NCBI RefSeq assembly: GCF_009914755.1
Contig: NC_060928.1
Direction: 5' to 3' (one strand)
Length of the DNA: 64,000 nt
From: the human T2T-CHM13v2.0 reference genome, Homo sapiens
Part shown: positions 1 to 15,820 of the stretch, one piece after another
Layout: each line of letters opens with the position of its first letter
Numbering within the stretch: the first letter of the stretch is position 1
Program-made: the position numbers and the translations under genes
The notes under the pieces: generated by a model
Databases searched by the model: none
Seen by the model: only the letters and a program-made list of their open reading frames with translations
Told to the model about the DNA's origin: nothing

Positions 1-3000
1 CTGAACCCTTGGTGTTTTGGTAACAATTGTTCAACAATCATTTGTTGTGACCCTCATCTTTCCTTCTCTTTTAATTTTCTTGAGCTCATATTTTAATTTT
101 TATTTATTACATGATATTCCAATTTAATTATATTGAATTAATAAGTTATTCTGTTGATGCCCTCCAGAATATTATCTCATGGTATTTATATCATTTCACT
201 TAATGTCTCTTCATGAATTAGGACTCACAGCTTTGGAACTGCACTGAATGGTTTTGAGCTTGGACCATATATCATTCATTCATTTTTGGGAGTTCACTTT
301 AGTGTGCCTCAGGGTGGGAATAATGCAACTTTAATTCATGATCTTTAAAGGAAGCCCTTTGGATCGTATATTGATGATAGGATGAAAGGATCTCAATAAA
401 GCAGAACTTGTTTGAGATTAGGTCACATTTCATTTCAAAATTATTAGGTTGAAGTTGCTGATTTAGTGGGATATTGTATCGGTTGATGTTAAAATGATCT
501 CGTGTGTTAGATTTTGATAGCATGGAGGAACAGAGATGGGCAATCATATCCTTCTGTATTTCCTTCTTGTGACAAGATATGACCATGGAAGCACTGATGT
601 ACTAAGGGAAATAGTGTTTCATCAACTGCACTGAGCTATCCAGAGTCAGGAAATATAATAAAAACCATTAATATTCCTTGCTAAAGGGATTTCTATTTAT
701 TTAACTGCTAACTCAGTTATTTTAGTAACATAATGGTTAAATCAGTAGAGGTTCTTTTCTGCAAATTATATTTGCAGGGAGTCAGTAAGATAGATTTTAC
801 CTTCTTGGGAAAATGAGTCATTGGGGAAATATCTGTAGGTCTTCTTTGGAAGAATATTCTAGAGACTATTGTGATCAAGCATCTACAAACTTGTGATAGA
901 TTTTGTTGAATCAATTTCAGTGTGAGATCTTTAGAGAAGAGTAGAAGAACTATTCTGTTAGGATAAAGATTTAATTTGATAGAGAGATCACAAAGAGCCA
1001 CAATGTCAAAAGATTCAAGATAGTTTGCACCTAACTTAAAATTGGAACAGTAGTGTAAAATATAAAAACACTGTGCTTAATATGTTTCATATGCTTTCTA
1101 TGTTAAATATATATATTTAATATGCTGAATATATAGGAGGTTCTATAAATAGTTTTCATTCTCAAATGAAATCTTACATTGTAAGATAGAAAAAAAGACG
1201 TAGGCCTCATTTGCATTTGAAAATAGAAATGAAGAAATGAGAAAATGAATAATTCTAGTATCAGACTGTGTTTCTTCTGCAATGGATAATTACTTTAAGA
1301 AAAACGAATTTTCATTTGAATTGGTGAAAAATTGATAACTTTTCCTCACTTTTTAAAATGTAAATAGAGTGGTTGGAAACTAAAAAAAAAATCAGTAAGA
1401 TCAGCTTTCTCTGCACCTGTGTCAGCAAAACATAAGGAATTCTGAGGGGAAAAAGTGAAACGTTACTTAACATCATCTATTAAGGAACTTTTTCTCTTAA
1501 GTTCTTTAATAAGTTGCTGTTTAGATTGCAAGAGGATGTTTAATATCCAGAAGCATAACCCTGAAATCTCAAGACTTCGACTTACAATTGCCTACAAAAA
1601 TATTCTAATTTACTGATTGTAATGTTTTCCATATACAATTAAGAAACAGTTTAGCACATTATTATTTTAATTTTGCATTCTTCAATGTAATTTTACATCA
1701 CATTTATTGATTATAGACTTGTGTGTCTTTCTCATTATTTGGCTTCACAGTAGTTCCCTAGGATGCTTTGTCTGTAAAGCCACTTTAAAATGTCATCCAC
1801 ATCACAAATGTTACAAATCCTATTACACAGTTCACCCAAGATTCTGCACACGTTTTTCCAGTGTGCAATGTAGCAAAAATAACTGAAATACTGTATAGTG
1901 GATGGATTTGGCATGGAAGTCATCCCAAAGATCTGCTGGAGTATAACAGGGCTTCAGACTGGATCAAATAGGAATTCTCAGTATTTCAATAGAATAAAGG
2001 TAAATTCCACACAAGGCAGTTTTTCCCCTCCATATATAGTAAAGATTTAATGACAGTCTCTGGAAAGATTGTACTGGCAATGTTTCAAGTATCACATTGT
2101 CTTTTAGGGATTAATTGTTCCTAAATGTGATACGAACAAATTTCCTCAGAGCTCCTACGTCTTCTAAAGATAGCTGTAATATGTGCTATGCTTGACTGCA
2201 AGGATGCAAAATGACTTTTCCATATTCAACTGTCTCTTCGGCACTACTCAAATTTTAACGAGTAATGGATTTTTGTGACTAAAAAGGTAGTTGTATGTTG
2301 ACTGGACGACAGTAAATGTTTCCATTCTAATTAGAGAATAGCAGAATGGGAAGTAACCATGGAAGTAATTTGACTGATTGATTGGTTTTTGCTTTATCAA
2401 GTATGTGAGATAATACATACAAAGCTTTGCTTAGGAACTCCTAATTTCAACATCTCCATCCCTGCCGCATATCCCATTCCGGATTCTGTTTCTCATCCTC
2501 TGTCTTCCCACCCCATTCCTGGATTTAAACTCTTTGAAATCAATTCTCCCTAAACACCTCTGAGATTGAGTGGAAAAGCCTAGAAGGCAGTAGATCCTTG
2601 AGATTGTGGCCTTGAGGGTTTGAGGGAGACAACACTTACCAAACTTGAATTTCCCTCAACTCTGGTTGGGTTCCTTGTTGGAGCTGCCCTTGTGCGGAAA
2701 GCCAGTGGATTAGAGTGCAGTGGGAATCGCAGGGAAACGCCTCTGAAGGCTTATCCATCACAGTGGTTCTCAAAGTGCGTTCTGATGGTCCTTTGAAGGT
2801 TTCTGAGTAGCTTTCAGGGGATCTGCAACTCAAAACAAGGCTTAGGGTGATACCAACATTATTTACCCTTTTCACTCATTTTATAGCAATGGCACAAAAG
2901 CAATGATGCATAAAACTGCTGGTGCCTTAGCACAGATCACGGTAGTGGCACCAAGCTGCAGTGCTGGTTACTGTATTCTTTATTGCTATACATGTGCGTT

Positions 3001-3393
3001 CAAATAAAACAAAACAAAACAAACAGAACAAAGCAATCTGCTAGCTTTGCTGAAGAATATTCTTGATGAAACAATAAGAATCATTAATTGTATTAATTTT
3101 GGTCTCGGAGTACACATCTAGAAGAAACGAGAAGTGTAAATAAAGCACTTCTGCTTACTGAATACAGTGGATGACCTAAGGAAAAGTCTCCAACCAACTG
3201 TTTGAGGACAAACTATCTTATTCAGACCAACTATGGTTATTCAGACTTGCTTATTTTGTAGACATTTCCTTGAAAATGAAGTGAGCTTTTCACCTGAAGT
3301 AAAATCACTAATAATGTGTGTTGCCAGCGAAAATTAGAATTTTGGAAAACTTGTGTCTGCCTCTGTGAAACTGACTGCTTCCTAATACAGATG

Positions 3394-3603
3394 TTTCTTA
3401 TAAGATCAGTAGTAATATCAAAACGTGATTTTGTCTGTATTGATGAATGAAATGTGTCCATGTTTGGAAGATCTATATATTTCAGTAAACCAATATTTTC
3501 TTATAAGGTCAGTAGTAACATCAAAACGTGATTTTGTCTGTATTGATGAATGAAATCTGTCAATGTTTGGAAGATCTATATACTTCAGTAAACCAATATT
3601 TTC
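3394..3603. repeat. 103-bp tandem duplication inside Charlie1a
   Basis: TTTCTTATAAGRTCAGTAGTAAYATCAAAACGTGATTTTGTCTGTATTGATGAATGAAAT... begins at 3394 and again at 3497, with few mismatches. Confidence 0.95.
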
Positions 3604-3832
3604 CACATGACCATGTATGATATTGCAGAAATCATGCCCCAGTAAAGAAGACCTGAGCCAGCCGTATGCTAGAGCAGCGGATTTTAATAGAACGGAGCAC
3701 AAAGAATCATGGATATGGCTTCATATCCCACATCGCAGCTGTCTTTTAAAAACTGTGAATTGTCAAGTTTTGGTGTAGTAGTAAAGAACCATATCCACAG
3801 TTATCTGAAAAGGCAATTAAAATACTTCTCCT

Positions 3833-4133
3833 GGCTGGGCGTGGTGGCTCATGCCTTTAATCTCAGCACTTGGGAGGCCAAGGTGGGCAGATCACGAGGT
3901 CAGGAGATCGAGACCATCCTGGCCAACAAGGTGAAACCCCATCTCTACTAAAAATACAAAAATTAGCCGGGTGTGGTGGCGGGTGCCTGTAGCCCCAGCT
4001 ACTCAGGAGGCTGAGGCAGGGGAATTGCTTGAACCCAGGAGGCAGCAGAAGTTTCAGTGAGCCAAGATTGGCCACTGCACTCCAGCCTGGGCGACAGAGC
4101 AAGACTCCGTCTCAACAACAACAACAACAACAA
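3833..4133 (+). mobile_element. AluS (Sc-like) SINE with (CAA)n tail
   Basis: GGCTGGGCGTGGTGGCTCA start, A5TACA linker, GATCACGAGGTCAGGAGATCGAGACCATCCTGGCCAAC, tail converted to CAA repeats. Confidence 0.95.
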
Positions 4134-4999
4134 CTTCTCACTTTTCCTCACACATAACTGTGTGAGAATGCTTTTGTTCATACACATTAAACAAAACTTT
4201 TCAAATTTTCCATTAGGCCAGACACTAAGGAGATTTGCGAAATGTAAAATAGTGCCACTCTTCTTATTCATTTCTTTTGAAAATATGGTTATTTTGCATG
4301 AGAATATATTATATGTATTAACATGTAATGCGTTACCATACTATTGTTTTTTTAAAATAAATAATAAATATGTATACATTTCTCAATTTTGAATATAATA
4401 AATATTGGTAGATATGATCCACATGAACAGAAGCCTTTGCCTTTGCAGTCTTCAGTATTTTTTAAGAACATATAGGGGAGATCCTTAGACTACATAGTTT
4501 AAGACCAGCTGCTTTAGAGAAATACTTCTGGAAAAAATTCTACAGCAAGTAAAAAACAAAAAACAATAAAAACCCAAACATCTCAATTTGCTATTCTGCA
4601 AAAAATAATTTTGTAGCCTTTTCATTATTTTTTGTAAATAAAATTTTGCAAGTTATTTGCCATAAGAATGAAGATATATATACCTTCTGATTCAGTTCTA
4701 AAAGATTCCTGTAATTATAATTGTGCTAGATAATATATAATAATAATTGGATTAATCAAATTGTCATGCCTCACAATTTTTAACTGAATTTTTTGGTGTC
4801 TATTAATTCTTTAAAAAATAAATGTATGCTATGTTATGACACCCACCTTGCATTCCACAACACCATTCCATTCTGTATTTCCAACAAGATGCTCAGCACT
4901 AAACAGCATAGAGTAGGGTGTCCCTCTAAGCCCTGGCCAGCGAGGAGGCCTGCTGAGAACTCACCTTGTGTGTGGGACGGTTGTTTGTTTTTTGCTTGT

Positions 5000-5441
5000 T
5001 TCTTTTGGAGCTCCAGATCCCTGTCTGTGCGTGAGTTCCCATCCGCCAGCTGCTGTGGGTGCTGACTGCACAGGGGCTGCAGCTGCAGCCTTGGAAGGAC
5101 AGCCCTTGGTCTAGGGGAGCTGCCTTGTGCTGGAGGCGATGGTGCCGTTCCCAGTGACCCGCAGCCAATGGCTGATGGATGCAGGTATGAAAGGCCCCTG
5201 GCCTCCTTGGAGGACCTACTGTCGGTAAGACCTACCCTCTGGTGCCATTTTTATGCTCCACAGCTCTCCAAGCACCCGGCAGGGGCTGGATCACAACTCA
5301 AATCACACTCTGCCTGGCTTTTCCCCTTCCCTATTCTCTCCCCCACTTTCCCCCAGCTTCCTCCTGGGTGCAGTTCCTTAATAATAATCCTTCAGAGCCA
5401 GAGACAAGAATTTTTGTTCTGAATATCCCACCTTAGATGAC
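5000..5441 (+). mobile_element. LTR16-like (ERVL) solo LTR
   Basis: GCAGCCAATGGCTGA...GGTATGAAAGGCC...TATGCTCCACAGCTC...CCTTAATAATAA...CCACCTTAGA resembles the recalled LTR16A/C consensus. Boundaries approximate. Confidence 0.6.
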
Positions 5442-5681
5442 TGAACTGAGACATAATTCCGTTTGTTCTTGGGGGTGAGGGATTTGGGCCAGCGGATGGG
5501 GCGTTTGAATGGGGACCAATGAGGGTGTGAACATTCCATTATAAACATCATTCTTTCCTTTTATATCCTTAACTAGGACTATACTTTTATAACCTAAACT
5601 TTTGTCATCATTGATGTGATAAGTGTAAGGAATTCATTGTAAATGTGAAGGCTTATACCTTTTTGAAAACTTGCACTGAAA

Positions 5682-5880
5682 GAGTGGTTCTCAACTGGGA
5701 TGGTTTTATCCCCGCGGGGGGGACATTTGGCAATTTTTGATTGTCACAAATGGGGGAAGGGCTGTAGTGCATAAGGGCCGGGGATGCTGCTACACATCCT
5801 ACTAAGTACAGACACAGCCCTCTAAAATGAAGAATTATCCAGCCCATAATATCAACAGTGCTAAGCCTAGGAAATCTGAT
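5682..5880 (+). mobile_element. MER20 DNA transposon
   Basis: GTGGTTCTCAACTGGG...GGGGACATTTGGCAAT...GGGATGCTGCTACACATCCTA...GAATTATCCAGCCC. Confidence 0.85.
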
Positions 5881-7020
5881 TGAAAGTAAAAAAATTTTCC
5901 AATATAGTGTTCATTAATAATGGAGTGTAGCCTTTCCACAAAAACTATTTGTGTAACTCAAATGACAGAAATAAAGACATAATTATTTGTCCTCCTTAAA
6001 AGATATGATTGTATCTGTTTTCTTCTTGGTACATCTCATAAGGAGGGAAAAAAAACACTTCATGCTAGAAACTATTCAGCTTCATTGAGTTTCCCCGGAA
6101 ATTGACAAGTGATGAAAGCAGAGCTGTTTGTGTTCGAGTTCCTGTTTATGTCAAATGAATTTGAATAAAACAACCAGAGCAGAAACTTGAAACAAGTACT
6201 CCTCCCATATGCTCATGTTTTCATTTAAGACAAAGTGTAAGAGAAAATGTTGAAAGGCAACAGCCTAATATTCTGGCCATAATATTCCTGGAATGTTATG
6301 GGGCCATTCTCACTCAGCACTTGGCATATTTTCACCTTTAGCAAAATCGTCTTTGTGCTTATGAGTAGTTTGTGAAATAACTGCATTAAGGACTTTTCTG
6401 TTCTGGTTTAAGTTAAAAAATGATTACTTTGAAGTATCACTATGTACTATATCTTAAAAGAATAAAACATTAATAGAAATCAATTAATTATCCTTTGACT
6501 TTGACCTGGAATGGCTACTGCTGAGTGCTGTGTATTGATCACAGAAATCTTGAACTTCTCTTTTAGTGTTGTTAGTGGGGCTACCGGCTATCGGGTGCAT
6601 GTAGATATTAATTTTCTCTAACTCATTCTTGTCACAGTGATATTTCCATTGCATTCCATCCTGTTCGGCTCAAGGCATTTTCAGACTCTTTGAAAATAAA
6701 ATCTTCTTTCTCTTCTCTATAAAATCTTATCTACTTCTAATTTTTTGTCTTTACTCCATACTATCCCCAAATCTGAGAGCAAAAATTCCTTTTGGTTTCC
6801 TGTTCATGAACATATTTGTGTATGAACTTTCTTTTACAGTAAAATAATTGGCAGTGTGCCTTTTGGCTCAAGTTTGTCTTTTGTTCTCCGGCTTTGTTAT
6901 CTCTCTTGGCCCAAGTTCAAGCATCTCCTTCAGCATCTTCTGTGGTGTGTCCTGTCTTTGCAGGTAGGAACTCAAGGTGACTGGTTTTAAGCCAAATATT
7001 CTCACCAAAAGTAGAATTGA

Positions 7021-7344
<324 letters not shown>

Positions 7345-7624
7345 GATTCTATTTTTAAAGAAGCTCTTCTTTAACTTCTCTCATTTACAGTGGACTACAT
7401 ATTTTGTAAGGGCTTCAGTAATGGATGAAGCATGAATATGTTCCAGACATTTTAAAGGGAAATATACTGAAAATCGAGTCGTGGTTGCATTTTTCTCCCC
7501 CTTCATAAATGGCAATAAATTTCTCAGTCTTGTTTGTCCAGTGAATTTGAAAAATTCGCCCAAAAAGTACAAATGGAATGATGGTCTATTTCATTGTTTT
7601 CAAAATTTTTTTTTTAAACAGAGA

Positions 7625-9365
<1,741 letters not shown>

Positions 9366-9367
<2 letters not shown>

Positions 9368-10555
9368 AGAGGTACAAGGAGAAGTTGGTACCATTTCTTC
9401 TGAAACTATTCCAAACAATTGAAAATGAGGGACTCCTCGCTAACTCATTTTAAGAGGCAAGCATCATACTCATACCAAAACCTGGCAGAGATACAACAAC
9501 AACAAAAGTTTCAGGCCAATATCTCTGATGAACATCGATGCAAAAATCCTCAATAAAATACTGGCAAACAGAATCCAGCAGCACATCAAAAAGCTTATCC
9601 ACCACAATCAAGTCGGCTTCATCCCCAGGATGCAAATCTGGTCCAACATACACAAATCAATAAGTGTAATTCATCACATAAACAGAACTAAAGACAAAAA
9701 ACACATAATTATCTCAATAGATGGAGAAAAGGCCTTCAATAAAATTCAACATCCCTTTATATTAAAAACTCTCAATAAACTAGGTATTAAAGGATCATAT
9801 CTCAAAATAATAAGAGCCATTTATGAGAAACCCACAGCCAATACTAATATCATACTGAATGGACAAATGCTGGAAGCATTCCCCTGGAAAACTGGCACAA
9901 GACAAGGATGCCCTCTCTCACCATTCTTATTCAACATAGTATTGGAAGCTCTGGCCGGGGCAATCAGGCAAGAGAAAGAAATAGAGGGTATGCAAAGAGG
10001 AAGAGAGGAAGTCAAACTGTCTTTGTTTGAAGATGACATGATCCTATACCTAGAAAACTCCTATCATCTCAGGCCAAAAGCTTCTTAAGCTGATAAGCAA
10101 CTTCAGCAAAGGCTCAGGATACAAAATCAATGTGCAGAAATCGCAAGCCTTCCTATACACTGACAACAGACAAGCAGAGAGCCAAATCATGAATGAACTC
10201 CCATTCACAATTGCCACAAAGAGAATAAAATACCTAGGAATACAGCTAACAAGGGAAGTGAAGGACCTCTTCAAGGAGAACCACGCTGCTCATGGAAATC
10301 AGAGAGGACGCAAGCAGATGGGAAAACATTCCATGCTCATGGATAGGAAGAATCAATATTGTGAAAATGGCCATACTGCCCAAAGTAATTTATAGATTCA
10401 ATGCTATTCTCATTAAACTACCATTGACATTCTTCACAGGAGTAGAAAAAACTGTTTGGAAATTCTTATGGAACCAAAAAAGAGCTCGCATAACAAGGGC
10501 AATCCTAAGCAAAAAGAACGAAGCTGGATATGTCATAGTACCCAGCTTCAAACTA
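9366..10555 (+). mobile_element. Inverted 5' segment of the same L1 (ORF2 RT region, pseudogenised)
   Basis: ORF track 9528-10088 [22 protein letters not shown]...GCPLSP...FEDDM is L1 reverse transcriptase with stops and frameshifts. It ends at CTTCAAACTA, 8 nt upstream in L1 coordinates of where the minus segment starts. Confidence 0.92.
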
Positions 10556-10634
10556 AGACAGATTATGTCATACTACCCAGCTTCAAACTAAGACGGATTA
10601 TGTCATACTACCCAACTTCAAACTAAGACAGATT
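10526..10634. repeat. 3 x 35-bp tandem repeat at the L1 junction
   Basis: GATTATGTCATACTACCCAGCTTCAAACTAAGACA units at 10526, 10561 and 10596. Confidence 0.95.
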
Positions 10635-13600
10635 TGCAGCTTGAAATGTTTACAACCTAATGCTGCCAATCCTTAATGTCTTAAATACAATGAATTTTTG
10701 TAGTGCTTTTCGAGTTCACAATTCGAAATGATATAAAACTGGATTACAGACAATTACATTTCCCATATTATTTAAAATATGCACTGGTGCTACAAAATTT
10801 TTCTATAATGATCATTATATATATGTAATATTATATAAGTGTGAAAGTATAATATTATGTATGTCATATATAATATATAACCATAAAAGTAGATTTTACA
10901 TTTATGATTAGCTAAAAAATTTTGAGACAGAAACTCTGCGTTTTGCATATTATGTATTCTCTTGTCTTTCCTAATCCCTAGTAAAAAATAAACTTTACTA
11001 TGTAAAAATCTGTTAATTTGAAGTCAAAGCATGGCTGTATTTTCAGTTAGTTTTTTAAAAAAATGTTTTTTTTCTGTAGCAAATTGTTGACTTGGATATT
11101 GCTTATTTTGAGGTTCTTCCTCTTTCCCCTCCTGTGCCCTCCAATTCAGTGTAACTGCTACCTCTCTAAGTGTCAAAGACAAATGATGGATGGTTGTTCA
11201 GCTTCTTTGAAATGCAGCATGTTTTAGTGCCTTTTTACCCTTGACTTTCATCACTAGTATTGATTGATGGTATGTTATTTACCTGGCATTGAAGGACTAC
11301 TGGTTTATAACATTCAAGGCAAAACATTTTAAGTAGTATGCAATGCGGAGATTTCTTTCTACTGGGCAAGGTTAATGACCTACCAAAAGAGGAGGGGTCG
11401 GTGTATGCTGGGAATAATTGATATCTTCTGAAGCCAAGATTGACTTGTGGGGTAATTTTCATATCCTTGTGATAATTAAGTTAGTAGATTTTCATCTTTT
11501 TAATTGCCCTCAATTTCTTCAGAAGGGGGATTTAGGATGATTAGCCTTTTATGGTCAACTTGCTGAAAAATACCTATACAAAGCTTGTATTTAGAAACTA
11601 GAGTCCTTTTTTTCTTCTCTTGTTTAGGTGATGTCGTCCCACAATAACACTTACTCGACATTTATGTAGGGGAGGTAATTCTTTTGGTTGTACTGCAGAG
11701 ACCAAGAATACATTTTGTACTTCATTTACATTCCCCAGAATACTTAATATAATGTTGATGACATGGTAAGAACACAATATCTCAGTATTTTGTGGCTGAG
11801 TGAATGACAATGCATAACCTTAATTCTAATTTGGTGTCAATCTCATTTTTTAAACTTTCTGTTTTCAGAAAATGAGAAAGGGCAGCAAAGATTTTGTTGA
11901 AATATGATTTTCAGAATCTTGAATTTACAAGTGTTTGTTTGTTTTTGATTATACCATGGTTATACTATAGATGATAGAGGGATGATTGTGAATCAAAAAG
12001 AAAAAAAAGAAAATATATGTATGGAGGCTGAAGTCATAGACAATTTTTGATGGGATAAATGTTGCCAATAATTTTTCCATTAGGCTTTAGTTTGTGTGTT
12101 CAGCATTTGAATTTTTTTTAGTTCATTTTCAGGTCACATTTTAGTTTTATGTTTCTTAAAATAACAAATTAATGGAGCATTAAAACATCAAACAGTTTTG
12201 AATCTTTCAAGTATTGAAAACACATTATGCTGAAATTTTTGAAAGTAAAAACAGTATGAAGGCCAGGATTTCCAGAAGATTGACATAAATGAGTGGGATA
12301 TCATCTGTTAACTTTTAAATAAACTTCAGATTGATTTGTGTCTGGGAAGAAGACCCTTTTCTATGCAGGCTGGAAGGGGGATTTGCTGGCATTCCCGAGT
12401 GGTTACAACTTTGTGGAGTTAATATTTAATGTGCCATTTTATAGCATATACAGATTTAGAAGCTGAAAAGATACTAAGACAATATAATATGAATTTATCA
12501 TCAATTTCATAGCATGAAACTGAAGAAACTACTTTTTGTACTGTTTTAAGGAAATCCTATCATCATATGGTGACTGTACAACATTAAAGCAACATTCTGG
12601 AAAGAAATTGCCAGGTATGTAGTCACAGGTTCAAAGAATGACTGGAAACTGAGGAACTTTCACATAGTGTATAGGAATTTATAACAAGTTCTGACAGCAT
12701 TGTTAACTGATTAAAAATACCTAATAAGGCTGCTGGATTTGTTAATGAGTACTTTTAAGGCAAAATTGGCAATAAAACAATAGCATTTGTTTAAACAGAA
12801 AAAAAAATTCCCCTGCATTCCTTCTTTTGAAAGGAAACAGCCGCGTTATGGGAGTTCTCATAGTTATATGTTGAAACAGGGCAGCTTTTCAAAAACTGTC
12901 AAGTTTAGTGTTTCAAAGGCATGTTGAAGAATGAAGACGGGGGTGTGTGTAAATAAATGTGCTGATTGCATAAAGGCTGCTTCTAGTTTTGCTCAAGTGA
13001 TTTTAGAGCTTCTGAAGGAGCAGTTTTCAACCTTAAATATCTAAGTCAACACTTTTTCTTTAGTAAGAGAGGTGACCTTAGAAATGTCCTTGGTCTAAGT
13101 GAAAATACTGGCCAATTCAAGACACAGCAATGTAGATCAATCCTTATTCTTTAACTTTCTGAACAAAAGTTTAAAAACATTCCAAATTTATTTTCATTGA
13201 TGGAAGAGATTCCTGTTTATATTTTGTTATTTTTAAAATAAATGAAAATGAGGTTATCAGTCAAAGGTGGTTTGAAAAAACTTCTACTCCATTTCCAGCG
13301 TGATGTCAGGGAACCCGACAGCAGTCACAGGCACTCTGCTTTCACACTAATAATTTGTGATCTAATCGGTAAAATTAGATCAGTATGCAAAACTATTAGA
13401 TGAGTTAATAGTCAAATGGTAGAGTTTTAAAGACTCCTAGATCCGGTGGTTCTATTTTGTTACACGTCTTCTAGGAAGCTTAGAAGATTGCTTTGTTTGG
13501 TTGATTCACTACCTGCTGCATCTTTAGCCTTGACTTAATAATGAAGTAAAAATAATAAAACAAAAGACAGTAACAAAGTCAACAGAAAATCCTCTCTCCC

Positions 13601-13745
13601 AAATAAACCCAACAACAACAACAAAAAACAAAGTACTGAGACAAATAGCTGGGGGAGATTTTTAGAAATTGAGAGTTTTTTGAACATGTAATTAAATTTA
13701 ATTTAGTTTTTAAAAAACCCTTTAAAACACTTCAATGGGCAGGGC

Positions 13746-15330
13746 CTTTTTTAATTGAGGTGAAATTCACATAACATAAAATTAACTATTTTGATGTGTA
13801 CAAATGTATTCACAATGTTGTGGAACCATAACCTTTACCCAGTTCCAGAACATTTTCATCAACCCAAAGGGGATCCTTTTCATCAACCACTAATCTGTTT
13901 TCTGTCTCTGTGGATTTTCCTACTCCAGACATTTAGAATCATACAATATATGACTTTTTATGTATGCTTCCTTTCACTTAACATAATGTTTTCAAGGTTC
14001 AGCCTTGTTATAGCATGTGTGAGTACTTCATTACTTTTTGCAGGTGAATCATTCCATTGGGTAGATATACCACATTTTGTTTATCCATCCATTCACTGAT
14101 GTAAATTTATTGATTTTTCACCTTTTGGTTATTTGTTAATAGTGCTAATATGAACATTGGTGTACAGATACGTGTTTGAATACCTGTTTTCAAGTCTTTG
14201 GGCTACATAAATAAGAATGGAATTGCTGGGTAATCTAATAGTTCCATGTTAACTTTTCGGGGCAAAGCCAAAGTAGTATTCATGGTGGCTGCATCTTTTA
14301 TATTGTAGCAATACACAAGGCTTCCAATTTCTCAACATCCTCACCAGCACTTGTTATTTCAGTTTTTTAAAAAATTATAGCCACCTTAGTGGATGTGATA
14401 TGGTATCTCATTATGGTTTCAATTTGCATTTCCCTAGTGACTAATGATTTTGAACATCTTTTCATGTGCTTGTTGACCATTTGTGTACCTTCTTAGGATA
14501 AATGTCTGCTCACTTCCTTTTCCAATCTTTAAATTGCATTGTTTGTCTGTTTGTTGTTGAATTGTGGTGCTTTAAATCTATCTATCTATCTATCTATATA
14601 TTATATTTATATATATACATAGAGAGAGAATTTCCTACATACAAGATTATGTCTTCTGTAAATACAGATAGTTTTACTTCTTCCTTTTCAATTAAAATAC
14701 CCTTTATTTCTTTTTCTTGGCTAATTGCCCTTGCTTGAACTTCCTGTATAATGCTGGATAAAAGTGGTGAAAGTAGCATCCTTGTCTTATTACTGATCTT
14801 GGAGGGAATGCTTTCAGTCTTTCACCGTTGAGTATATGTTAGCCATGGGTTTTTCATAAATATACTTTATTATGTTGAGGATGTTCCATTTTCTTCCTGG
14901 TTTATCATGTGTTTTTACCATGAAAGCATGTTGTATATTTTCAAATGTTGTTTCAGCTTCACTTGAGATGATTATGTGTTCCCCCCTTCATTCTATTAAT
15001 GTGGTGTATTATATTCGTTGTATATGTTGAACCACCCTTGCATTCTTGGGATAAATCCCAACTGATCATGATGTATAATTCTTTTAACATGCTACTTCAT
15101 TTGGTTTGCTAGTCTTTTGTTGCAGATTTTTGCATTTATATTTAGTAGGGATATCTATCTATAGTTTTCTTTTCTTATGTGCTGCCTTTGGCTTTGGTGT
15201 CAGGGTAATTCTGGCCTCATAGCTTGATTTAAGAGGTGTTATTTTCTTTTCTAATTTTCTGGAAGAGTTTAAGAAAGATTGGTGTTACTTCTTTTTTAAA
15301 TGCTTCATAGTATTTAGCGTGAAACCATCT
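13746..15330 (-). mobile_element. Old L1MB-type LINE-1 with internal deletion
   Basis: 3' end TTAATTGAGGTGAAATTCACATAACATAAAATT. ORF2 C-terminal remnants run to about 14575, then a (TCTA)n/(TA)n tract, then the RT region (ORF track 14594-14779 EKEEVKLSVFTEDIILYVGN). Confidence 0.8.
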
Positions 15331-15589
15331 TTAGTACTTTACTTTTTAAAAATTGTAACTATGGACAATTAAACCTAAAGTATCAGAATTCAAATGGAAA
15401 TGTTTTAAATTTGGCAATAACAAAAAATTATAAGTTCAAAACATATCTGCCCAAACAATGACTAATACCACTTCCAAAATTATCTACTTAATAGATAGTG
15501 AAGGGATATAACATTGTTTTTATATTATTTCAAGATGGGGCAAAAGTTAACTTCTGTTAAGTAAAGTCTACACCTATACAAAATGTTGC

Positions 15590-15820
15590 TCAATATGTTC
15601 TTGTGTTTGATAGCATGGTAGGGTGAATATATTGAACAATATATTGTATTTTTCAAAATAGCCAGAAGAGAAGATTTGAAATGTTACTGACAGAAAGAAA
15701 TGATAAGTGTTTGAGGTGATGGACATCCTAAATACCCTGACCTGATCATTACACACTCTGTGCATGTATCAAAATATGTACCCCATCAATATGTGTAAGT
15801 ATTATGTATCAGTAAAGACT
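15590..15820 (+). mobile_element. L1MA 3' end fragment
   Basis: TATATTGTATTTTTCAAAATAGCCAGAAGAGAAGATTTGAAATGT...GAGGTGATGGACATCCTAAATACCCTGA, typical of an L1MA 3'UTR. Confidence 0.8.

Larger units (their letters stand above)
2761..4511 (+). mobile_element. Charlie1a-like hAT DNA transposon fossil, interrupted by an Alu
   Basis: Starts CAGTGGTTCTCAAAGTG (Charlie/MER5-type TIR). The 3' part (4211-4511: CATTAGGCCAGACACTAAGGAGATTTGC...TTTAAGACCAGCTG) matches the recalled Charlie1 right end. About 1.45 kb after removing the Alu. No transposase ORF, TSD not preserved. Confidence 0.75.

Noticed and set aside
9528-10088. 186-aa RT-like ORF
   Set aside because: Fragment of the inverted L1 segment, frameshifted and without a promoter.
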